Assembly (NCBI GenBank): GCA_005787575.1
Contig: SYAN01000097.1
Coordinates: forward strand, 1,497-65,496
Direction of reading: 5' to 3'
DNA length: 64,000 nucleotides
Source: Actinomycetota bacterium
Lineage (GTDB): Bacteria; Actinomycetota; Actinomycetes; Nanopelagicales; Nanopelagicaceae
Shown here: positions 48,036 to 55,691 of the stretch, in pieces
Layout: every line of letters starts with the position of its first letter
Numbering within the stretch: the first letter of the stretch is position 1
Position numbers and translations under genes: made by a program
Notes under the pieces: model-generated
Told to the model about the DNA's origin: nothing
The model's input: only the letters and a program-made list of their open reading frames with translations
Databases searched by the model: none

Positions 48036-49205
48036 CTAATTGGGAGTAGTCACACTTCGACTTGTTTCTCGCCAGAGCCTTCCACCAAGAAGGAAGAACG
48101 CGATAGAGATGAAGAGCAATGGCAAGAGAAGAGCGGCAAAGGCATTGGTCAAAGTTCCTTCGATGAAGTAACCGATTGCGGGTGGAAAGAGGAATCCCCC
48201 ACCCATGACCGCCAACATCAAGAGGGTGGTGCCTCCTGGGAAATCTGGTGTTCGTCTAGCCACCCAACTTGAGCTATTGGGAAATATAGGACCAAGAAAT
48301 AGTCCAGCAATGATCAAAGCTGTAAGGGCTATATTCAAATCAGCGCTGAGTGAGGTTGCAACGAGCGGAATCGTTGTCAGTGCAATCATGGTCAAGACAA
48401 TCGTCTCCGGCTTGACCCGTGTCGAGAGCCATACCCCTAAGAATCGACCCGCAGTGAAAAGAAGATAGAAGATGGAACTGAAAAGGGTGCCGCGCTCGAG
48501 CGTCATTCCACTATTTACAGCAACAGTCGGTATCCACGCCCCTATCGAATTCTCAAGACCCGAATAGAAGATGACTCCAAGGATCACCATCACTAACGGC
48601 AGCTTTCTTCGTGGTGTCGGACTCTTCTTTGGCTGCGGTGAGAATTTCCACTTCGCATCAGGAAAGACCCATGAAGTTAGAAGTGCGCCGATTACCGAAG
48701 TCAGGACAATCCACGGGATATTGACTGAGCCAAGGAGAGAGATCATCAACGGTCCCATCAGCGCTCCAACACCGGTGGCGGCACTGACCACGTTCATACG
48801 AAAGTGAGAGGCATTCGCGCACCGCGTTATGAGAAGAAGGAATGAGATGCCAGTCCCGCCATATCCAAATCCACCAAGGGCTGCAAAGACCCAAATGAAG
48901 ATGTCACTATCTGTGAAAAAGATTCCTAAGAAGCCCAAAAGCGTTAAAACTATTCCGATCCGAACAAAAGCATGCAGTGGAAATCGCTTGCTCAGTAGTT
49001 GGACCGCGATTGTGCCAACGAGGGTATGAAAGAGATAGACCCCATAGAGGACTCCCGCAGTTGAGATGGGGACCTCATTCTCTCGAGAGAGCCAAGGGAC
49101 GATGGCTCCCCAACAAGTGCTTGTAAAGCCCATCATCGCAAAAGCTGAAGTGACTTGTGAGAAACCAATTCGCGAGAGTTCTTTGGCTGTGCTCACACCC
49201 GACAC
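48036..49205 (-). CDS. MFS transporter
   Basis: 389 aa with ~12 hydrophobic segments in two halves. Confidence 0.8.
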   Translation of the reverse strand: MSGVSTAKELSRIGFSQVTSAFAMMGFTSTCWGAIVPWLSRENEVPISTAGVLYGVYLFHTLVGTIAVQLLSKRFPLHAFVRIGIVLTLLGFLGIFFTDSDIFIWVFAALGGFGYGGTGISFLLLITRCANASHFRMNVVSAATGVGALMGPLMISLLGSVNIPWIVLTSVIGALLTSWVFPDAKWKFSPQPKKSPTPRRKLPLVMVILGVIFYSGLENSIGAWIPTVAVNSGMTLERGTLFSSIFYLLFTAGRFLGVWLSTRVKPETIVLTMIALTTIPLVATSLSADLNIALTALIIAGLFLGPIFPNSSSWVARRTPDFPGGTTLLMLAVMGGGFLFPPAIGYFIEGTLTNAFAALLLPLLFISIAFFLLGGRLWRETSRSVTTPN

Positions 49206-49219
49206 CTTAACGGGTCAAG

Positions 49220-49732
49220 CTAGATTGAAAAGGTATCGGCTAACTCGTGATCAGTTCGAGCTGCAAGGTCTTTAGTGACAACAGCATTGGCACCAATTCG
49301 AACGCCATCGCCAATCATTACAGGTCCCAACACTCTCGCCCCGGCACCAATCGTCACGTTGCTACCAATCGTGGGATGACGCTTACCTCGATCCTGAGAA
49401 CGAGCACCGAGGGTGACGTCGTGATAGAGCATCACATCATCACCAACTATTGCGGTCTCACCTATCACCACACCCATGCCGTGATCTATGAAGAAGCGTC
49501 GACCAATCTTCGCGCCAGGATGAATCTCAATGCCTGTGATTCGTCGCATCTGGTTGGCATAGATTCGCGCGAAAAGTCGAAGCCGTCGATTCCAGAGAAA
49601 ATGCGCGATCCGGTGGCCCCAGATTGCATGTAGCCCCGGATATGTCAGGGCTACATCCAAACGATGACGCGAGGCTGGGTCCTTCGCTTTTGCGTTATCG
49701 ATATCTTCGATGATTCGCTTCAACATTTTCAA
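49220..49732 (-). CDS. cysE: Serine O-acetyltransferase (short form)
   Basis: Left-handed beta-helix hexapeptide repeats ([40 protein letters not shown]). Start/stop-coupled to cysK. Confidence 0.9.
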   Translation of the reverse strand: MKMLKRIIEDIDNAKAKDPASRHRLDVALTYPGLHAIWGHRIAHFLWNRRLRLFARIYANQMRRITGIEIHPGAKIGRRFFIDHGMGVVIGETAIVGDDVMLYHDVTLGARSQDRGKRHPTIGSNVTIGAGARVLGPVMIGDGVRIGANAVVTKDLAARTDHELADTFSI

Positions 49733-50658
49733 TCCATTAAGTCCTTGTAGAGGATTGTGGAGAGATAGCGCTCGCCAAAGGACGGGATGATCACAACAAT
49801 CGTCTTGCCCGCCATCTCTGGTCGCTTCGCAACCTGCACCGAAGCCCAGAGCGCCGCTCCAGATGAGATTCCGGCTAGAATTCCCTCTTCTGCAGCAGCA
49901 CGGCGTGCGAATGCAACAGCATCATCTGCCTCGACATCAATCACTTCGTCATAGACGCTTCGATCCAAAATCGGTGGTACGAAGTTTGGTCCGATTCCTT
50001 GGATGGGGTGACCGCTTGGCTTCCCACCATTGAGAATAGGAGAGGCTGCAGGTTCAACGGCGAAAATCTTCAAACCAGGCTTGCGAGGCTTCAATACCTG
50101 CCCGATACCTGTGATTGTTCCGCCCGTACCGATACCCGCGACAACCGCGTCCACTTTTCCATCAGTATCTCGCCAGATTTCCTCAGCAGTTGTCTTTCTA
50201 TGTATCTCGGGGTTTGCCTCATTTTCGAATTGCCGCACCATCACAGCTCCCGAAGCACCCACTTCTTCGGCTTTTGCTACCGCACCTTTCATTCCCTCTG
50301 CCGCAGGAGTGAGGATTAACTCTGCGCCAAAAGCTCTCAATAGAGCTCGTCGCTCTTTCGACATCGAATCGGGCATGGTCAGGATTGTCTTGTATCCACG
50401 TGCCGCGCCAACCATCGCCAAGGCGATTCCGGTGTTCCCGGAGGTTGCCTCCACAATTGTCCCACCCGGCTTTAACTCTCCACTCTTCTCCGCAGCATCC
50501 ACCATGGCGATGCCAATTCGATCCTTAACTGTGCTCGTAGGGTTGTAGAACTCAAGTTTTGCAAGGACAGTCGCAGTTGAGCCGTCGGTCATTCGATTGA
50601 GTCGAACCAGAGGTGTATTTCCAAATACCTCTGTAATGTCGTTATAAACCTTCATCAC
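49729..50658 (-). CDS. cysK: Cysteine synthase A (O-acetylserine sulfhydrylase)
   Basis: Carries [11 protein letters not shown] (PLP lysine), [10 protein letters not shown] and [10 protein letters not shown]. Confidence 0.93.
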   Translation of the reverse strand: MMKVYNDITEVFGNTPLVRLNRMTDGSTATVLAKLEFYNPTSTVKDRIGIAMVDAAEKSGELKPGGTIVEATSGNTGIALAMVGAARGYKTILTMPDSMSKERRALLRAFGAELILTPAAEGMKGAVAKAEEVGASGAVMVRQFENEANPEIHRKTTAEEIWRDTDGKVDAVVAGIGTGGTITGIGQVLKPRKPGLKIFAVEPAASPILNGGKPSGHPIQGIGPNFVPPILDRSVYDEVIDVEADDAVAFARRAAAEEGILAGISSGAALWASVQVAKRPEMAGKTIVVIIPSFGERYLSTILYKDLMD

Positions 50659-50949
50659 TTCCTCTTTCTAACTTTTCTGGATAATGCTTCGGATTTGGTC
50701 AACTTCTAGGACTTTGTTCTTCCTAGAGTGGACTTGGAACTTCAATTTCAAGCGTTTGCTTGAGCGGGATATCAAGAGCGGTTCAAAATTCGAACCGGCT
50801 AATTAAAAGTTTCTAACAACAACCTTGATTGATGCGACCGAAATCGATAATGCGCCTACGTGTGAAGAGCCAACTGATCAGCGCTAACATGGACCGTATT
50901 TTAGTGACGCCGTAGTTTTACGCTACTTGCAAGAGATTTGCAGGAACCC

Positions 50950-52665
50950 TTAGAAGCCCTCTCGCCAATGATTGGTCATAGGAAGGCGTCGATCCTTTCC
51001 GAAGGCCAACCCCGAGATCTTTGTGCCTGGTGGATATTGGCGGCGCTTGTACTCGGCTCGATCAACCAGGCTAATCACACGTTCGGCCAAATCCCTTGAG
51101 AAACCAGCAGCGGTGATTGCTGACATCGAGCCGTTAGCTTCGATGTATATCCGCAGGATTTGATCCAATACTGGATAGGTAGGCAAAGAGTCGCTGTCCT
51201 TCTGTCCCGGGCGCAGTTCGGCGCTTGGCTCCTTGGTGATCGAGTTGCTTGGAATCGGTGGCGTCTTTCCTTCTGATTCTGCAAAAGAGTTTCGCCACTT
51301 CGCCAACCGCCAGACATCGCTCTTGAATACATCCTTGATAGGAGCAAATCCCCCGACGGCATCGCCATACAGTGTTGAATACCCAACCGCGAGCTCTGAC
51401 TTATTTCCAGTCGCCAAGACAAGGTGACCACACTGATTTGAAAGGCCCATCAGCGTTGTGCCTCGAACACGTGCCTGGAGATTCTCTTCGGCTACCCCGG
51501 TCAGCTCCGTTGACGCTAGATAGGCATCGACCATGGGCTGGATAGGGATGACCTGATACGAGATTCCTAGGGCGAGCGCCGACTCCTTCGCATCGCTGAG
51601 TGAATGGTCAGATGAATACTTGCTCGGCATTGAGACTCCGAAGACATTTTCTGGACCCAACGCATCAACCGCTAGCGAGGCCACTAGCGCCGAATCGATT
51701 CCGCCCGATAGACCTATGAGAGCCGATGAGAAACCATTTTTTCTCACGTAGTCGCGAAGACCCATGACAAGGGCCGACCAGAGTTCCGCTTCTTCACCTA
51801 GACGGATAGCAACTCCAGGCACAACTTTTGTATAAGGCGAGAGCGGCCCATCGGTGAGAATCAGATCTGGCGTTGCAGAATTTGCCTTGAGGTCGAGGTC
51901 AACGACCATGAGTCCTTCCTCGAACTGTGGCGCTCGCGCGACCACCTTTCCGGAAGCGTCGACAACAATCGAATCACCATCGAAGACAAGATCATCTTGT
52001 CCACCAGTCATATTTACGTAACAAAGTGGCGCTCCCGCGCCGATTGCTCGTCGCTGCGTTAATCCAAGTCGGATGTCGTCCTTCTCTTTTTCGTAGGGCG
52101 AACCGTTGATCACAGCAATCAGGCCCGGACCACGCTGACCAACCTCGGCCATCACCTGACCCTCTTGCCAAATGTCCTCGCAGATCAGGAGTGCAATATC
52201 GACAGCGCAATGTCTGAAAATCAGCGAGTTTTGCCCTGGTTCGAAATTGCGAAACTCATCGAAGACGCCGTAGTTAGGTAGATGTCGTTTGATGTAGCGA
52301 CCTTTAACTTCGCCGCGGTGCAAGATCGCGGCTGAATTGACGGGCCTTGGCCCACCGTCGGTCGGACCATCGAGAAAGCCGACCACTATTGCAATCTCGC
52401 CAACGCCTTCACTCGCGAGTTCCCTCGCGAGATTTTCAATCGCTCGCCTTGAGGCTTGTTGCAGACTTTGGCGATAAGCCAGATCCTCTACCGGGTACCC
52501 AGTAACGGCCATTTCAGGAAAGAGTAAAAGGTGCGCCCCGGCCTCTAGTGCGTGATGGGCGTACTTCTTTATCAATGCGATGTTGCCAGGAATCTCCCCA
52601 AGCGTTGGGTTTATTTGAGCGAGTGCAACCCTGAGTTGAGTCAATGAGCTGGATTGGCTACTCAT
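50950..52665 (-). CDS. nadE: Glutamine-dependent NAD+ synthetase (CN-hydrolase + NAD synthetase domains)
   Basis: LRVALAQINPT..FPEMAVTGY (nitrilase-type domain) followed by GLSGGIDSALVA (PP-loop). ATG 52665 (MSSQSS..) is preferred over the ORF-track start at 52785. Confidence 0.92.
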   Translation of the reverse strand: MSSQSSSLTQLRVALAQINPTLGEIPGNIALIKKYAHHALEAGAHLLLFPEMAVTGYPVEDLAYRQSLQQASRRAIENLARELASEGVGEIAIVVGFLDGPTDGGPRPVNSAAILHRGEVKGRYIKRHLPNYGVFDEFRNFEPGQNSLIFRHCAVDIALLICEDIWQEGQVMAEVGQRGPGLIAVINGSPYEKEKDDIRLGLTQRRAIGAGAPLCYVNMTGGQDDLVFDGDSIVVDASGKVVARAPQFEEGLMVVDLDLKANSATPDLILTDGPLSPYTKVVPGVAIRLGEEAELWSALVMGLRDYVRKNGFSSALIGLSGGIDSALVASLAVDALGPENVFGVSMPSKYSSDHSLSDAKESALALGISYQVIPIQPMVDAYLASTELTGVAEENLQARVRGTTLMGLSNQCGHLVLATGNKSELAVGYSTLYGDAVGGFAPIKDVFKSDVWRLAKWRNSFAESEGKTPPIPSNSITKEPSAELRPGQKDSDSLPTYPVLDQILRIYIEANGSMSAITAAGFSRDLAERVISLVDRAEYKRRQYPPGTKISGLAFGKDRRLPMTNHWREGF

Positions 52666-52777
52666 ATGTGCGAGGGTACTATCTCCTCTGCGATTGATGC
52701 TTGGCCTGAAAAGCGCAAGGATCGATCCACTGGCCCGGGGACCAGAAATGGCCTCGAGGAAACGAGGTTGAACAAAG

Positions 52778-53629
52778 ATGAGCAATTACCCTGCAGCCAT
52801 CGAGGGCGAAGCCCTTGGCGACAAACCCGCCAAGAAAACTAGATACACCCTGATTGATTTTGCTCGATTCAAGCGTGAAAAGAGCAAATGGGCCGTGCTT
52901 ACCTCATATGACGCACTCACCGCATCCCTTTTTGATGAAGCAGGAATCCCCATGCTTCTTGTCGGAGATTCGGCAGCAAACAATTACCTTGGTGAGGTCA
53001 ACACAATTCCAGTCACCGTCGATGAATTGATTCCACTCGCCCGAGCAGTGGTTCGAGGGTCAAAACTCTCGATGGTCATCGCAGATTTACCCTTTGGCTC
53101 TTACGAACTTTCAACCGATCAAGCACTCGAAACCGGAATTCGTTTCATGAAGGAATCGGGTGTTCACGGCGTCAAACTAGAAGGTGGAGCGAGAGTCTCT
53201 GACCAAGTCAGACGCCTGGTCTCTTCTGGCATCCCTGTAATCGGCCACATTGGACTCACCCCTCAATCAGTCAACACGATAGGGGGCTACCGGGTTCAAG
53301 GTCGAGGCGATAGTGCAGCCCAAGTACTTGCTGATGCGAAAGCACTTGAAGATGCTGGTGCATTTGCCGTGGTCCTTGAACTAGTCCCCGCCGAATTGGC
53401 TCGGGAGATAACAGACCAGCTCTCAATCCCCACCATCGGGATTGGGGCAGGTATCGATTGTGATGCCCAAGTTCTCGTTTGGACCGACCTTTTAGGACTG
53501 ACGGGTAAACCGCCTCGCTTCTCGAGGCAATACCTAGACCTTCGTGGCCAAATAATCGATGCGACTCGAAAGTGGCGTGAGGATGTAACTTCGGGGAAAT
53601 TTCCGAATGAGGGCGAGACTTTTCACTAG
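52778..53629 (+). CDS. panB: 3-methyl-2-oxobutanoate hydroxymethyltransferase
   Basis: Carries LTSYDALTASLFDEAGIPMLLVGDS, VKLEGG and GHIGLTPQS. Confidence 0.93.
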   Translation: MSNYPAAIEGEALGDKPAKKTRYTLIDFARFKREKSKWAVLTSYDALTASLFDEAGIPMLLVGDSAANNYLGEVNTIPVTVDELIPLARAVVRGSKLSMVIADLPFGSYELSTDQALETGIRFMKESGVHGVKLEGGARVSDQVRRLVSSGIPVIGHIGLTPQSVNTIGGYRVQGRGDSAAQVLADAKALEDAGAFAVVLELVPAELAREITDQLSIPTIGIGAGIDCDAQVLVWTDLLGLTGKPPRFSRQYLDLRGQIIDATRKWREDVTSGKFPNEGETFH

Positions 53630-53658
53630 GGATTTTTCCATCGAAAATTTTGTGAGAT

Positions 53659-53682
53659 CGGACGTTTTTTGTCCGAATTTTG
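53659..53682 (+). terminator. Weak stem-loop after panB
   Basis: CGGAC-gtttttt-GTCCG followed by AATTTTG. The stem is only 5 bp. Confidence 0.35.
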
Positions 53683-53948
53683 AAAAAAACTTTCAAATTG
53701 CTTTCCAGTCAATTTCGATCGACATCGCCAATGTAAAAGTCGACTTTTCTTAAAAACCTTAATTTGAAGCGTTTTATACTGCTTTTTGAGTAGGTAATCC
53801 TGCAACTACATGCACATCTTCTGAAAAATCCTACGCGACACGCCCAGATAAGAATCTCTCCTTATGCTAGAAAATTTCATCAGTAAGTGTCAGGCTTTGC
53901 CTTGAACAGGTCCGGTGACGGATCGGACCATTCTGATAGGAGAACCAC

Positions 53949-54155
53949 GTGGCTGCAAAGCGTCGTAAGAAGGCTGCTGCTAAGGCAGCGCCAAAGCGCC
54001 GTCGTAAGAAGGCTGCTGCTAAGTCAGCGGCTCCAAAGCGTCGCCGCAAGAAGGCTGCTGCTAAGGCTGCAGCTCCAAAGAAGCGCCGTCGCAAGAAGGC
54101 TGCTGCTAAGAAGGCAGCTCCAAAGCGTCGCCGCAAGAAGGCTGCTAAGAAGTAA
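53949..54155 (+). CDS. 68-aa Lys/Arg/Ala-rich tandem-repeat protein (histone H1/HC2-like, HupB-tail-like)
   Basis: AGGAG lies 6 nt before GTG 53949. The product is AAKRRKKAAAKAAPKRRRKKAAAKSAAPKRRRKKAAAKAAAPKKRRRKKAAAKKAAPKRRRKKAAKK. A strong intrinsic terminator follows. Confidence 0.7.
   Translation: MAAKRRKKAAAKAAPKRRRKKAAAKSAAPKRRRKKAAAKAAAPKKRRRKKAAAKKAAPKRRRKKAAKK
53955..54152 (+). repeat. Five imperfect in-frame tandem repeats (units of 42-45 nt) forming the basic protein
   Basis: Units begin near 53955, 53991, 54033, 54075 and 54120. The core is CCAAAGCGYCGYCGYAAGAAGGCTGCTGCTAAG, encoding (A)PKRRRKKAAAK. Confidence 0.9.
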
Positions 54156-54168
54156 GCCTCGCTTTAAC

Positions 54169-54205
54169 AAAAAACCCGTCGGGCTAGTCCCGGCGGGTTT
54201 TTTTA
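54169..54205. terminator. Bidirectional rho-independent terminator
   Basis: AAAAAACCCGTCGGG-ctagt-CCCGGCGGGTTTTTTT has an A-tract upstream and a T-tract downstream. It sits between the convergent basic-protein gene and marR. Confidence 0.85.
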
Positions 54206-54236
54206 TTTCTAGAACGTTTTGCTGGTAAGTCTGGCC

Positions 54237-54731
54237 CTATTCCCGCTCATCCCTCTCACTCTTGAATTCGCTCCGAAGTCCCGTGAGTACCTCTTCGAAA
54301 ACCTCTGCGACATTGATCTGATCTTCACCATCAAGTCGATCAAGGAATCGAGTTCGCACTGAATCAACATGGTCGGGAGCCGCTTTAATAATTGCCTTCA
54401 ATCCCTTATCCGTCATGACCGCCCATGCGCCACGTCGATCCTCTTTACAAGCTTCTCGCTTTACCCATCCTGCCTTCTCCATGACTGTGATTCGGTGAGA
54501 GAGCCTGGATTTAGAGAGCATTGCAATCTCAGCAAGATCGCTCATCCTGATGCGACGACCTGGCGCTTCGCTCAATTGCGCTAAGACTTCATAGTCCGCC
54601 ATAGAGAGGTCGTGTCCGGAGAGGTCTTGATCAAGGGCCTCAAGAAGTCGCCTCGAAGCAATGATGTAGGAACGCCAGGCTCTCATCTCCTTGGGATTGA
54701 GCCATTTTGGCTCGACTTTTGCCATGGCCAA
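54237..54731 (-). CDS. MarR-family transcriptional regulator
   Basis: 164 aa with wHTH MSDLAEIAMLSKSRLSHRITVMEKAGWVKRE..DRRG. Confidence 0.88.
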   Translation of the reverse strand: MAMAKVEPKWLNPKEMRAWRSYIIASRRLLEALDQDLSGHDLSMADYEVLAQLSEAPGRRIRMSDLAEIAMLSKSRLSHRITVMEKAGWVKREACKEDRRGAWAVMTDKGLKAIIKAAPDHVDSVRTRFLDRLDGEDQINVAEVFEEVLTGLRSEFKSERDERE

Positions 54732-54738
54732 ACTTTAC

Positions 54739-54779
54739 TTGAAAGTTCAACTAAATCACAGTCGAACGATTTTTTCGAC
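54739..54779. promoter_or_regulatory. Two inverted repeats in the marR/CPBP divergent spacer, candidate MarR operators
   Basis: TTGAA-ag-TTCAA (54739..54750) and GTCGAA-cgatttt-TTCGAC (54761..54779). Confidence 0.4.
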
Positions 54780-54800
54780 CTTGCGCGATACTCTTCACTC

Positions 54801-55691
54801 GTGGCCTTTCAGAGTTCCGCGCCAATTGCCGCATCCACCATCGAAGAAGTAAAACGACCAAAGTGGTGGCAGTGGTTTCTCGGAGCATTTATCGCTGTAA
54901 TCGTCTGGCAAGCGGCTGGCTCGATCGCGATGCTGACCTCTGCGACCGCCTTCGATGTTCCGTGGGATGCCCTTGACACATTCCCTGATGTCGAGCCGTG
55001 GATCGCTCTATTCATAGTCCTGATCACATTCCTTCCACTCTTTATCGTGATCCCGTTGCTCTATCCGCTCCTGCTCCGCCTGCCTTGGAAGAGACTCATA
55101 ACCCCTCATGCCTCAATCTCGTTGAAGCGAATCTGGCATGGATTCTTCGCTATGGCTGCAATCATCGTTCCGTTATCGGCTATCGATCTCTTCCTTAATG
55201 AGAAGGACTACACCTTCACTTTTGACCTTTGGGCCTTCATCCCCTACATACTGGTCTGCTTGGTGCTCCTGCCGGTCCAGACCACTTCGGAGGAGTTCCT
55301 CTTTCGCGGATGGCTGCTTCAATGGAACGACAATGGCAAATTTCCCAAGATAATCATCGTCATCATCAACTCATCGCTCTTCGCCCTCCCACATATGTTC
55401 AATCCCGAGGTAAAGGGCGAATATCCCCTTGCATTCCTCTACTACGCCTCCGCTGGAGCAATGTTGACTTTAGCAACGCTTCGCGATGGCACCCTCGAGC
55501 TTGCTATCGGGGCCCACTTTGCTAACAACCTTTTTGCTGGGACCTTGGTCTCGTATCAGGATGCGGCGCTTCCATCGGCAGCGCTCTTTCTCACCGGTGA
55601 GTTGGAATGGGTCTGGAGCACAGTGATCTCTTTTGCCATCATTCCTGTATTCCTCTGGCTCACCCGTGCTCGCAAAGAAGCAAATCAATGA
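54801..55691 (+). CDS. CPBP-family (CAAX/Abi) intramembrane glutamic protease
   Basis: Multi-TM protein with the EEFLFRGW and FALPH motifs. GTG 54801 is preferred, with TACTCT (TANNNT) 6 nt upstream suggesting a leaderless start. The ORF-track start at 54612 overlaps marR. Confidence 0.75.
   Translation: MAFQSSAPIAASTIEEVKRPKWWQWFLGAFIAVIVWQAAGSIAMLTSATAFDVPWDALDTFPDVEPWIALFIVLITFLPLFIVIPLLYPLLLRLPWKRLITPHASISLKRIWHGFFAMAAIIVPLSAIDLFLNEKDYTFTFDLWAFIPYILVCLVLLPVQTTSEEFLFRGWLLQWNDNGKFPKIIIVIINSSLFALPHMFNPEVKGEYPLAFLYYASAGAMLTLATLRDGTLELAIGAHFANNLFAGTLVSYQDAALPSAALFLTGELEWVWSTVISFAIIPVFLWLTRARKEANQ

Noticed and set aside
50779-50797. GGTTCGAA-containing hairpin (read on the minus strand) resembling a tRNA T-arm
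   Set aside because: The T-loop consensus would require a 5-bp stem flanking TTCGAAT. The flanking bases do not pair that way, and no acceptor, D or anticodon arms can be drawn. It is not a tRNA or tRNA remnant.
53955-54152. Possible CRISPR-like or non-coding tandem repeat
   Set aside because: The units are contiguous (no spacers), 42-45 nt long, multiples of 3 and in frame with an RBS-preceded start. No cas genes are present. I treat it as a coding repeat.
53867-54228. An 89-aa minus-strand ORF (RRRFGAA repeats) and a 113-aa alternative plus-frame ORF over the basic-protein gene
   Set aside because: They are repeat-driven alternative frames of the same tandem repeat. Only the 53949..54155 frame has an AGGAG-spaced start and ends just before the terminator.
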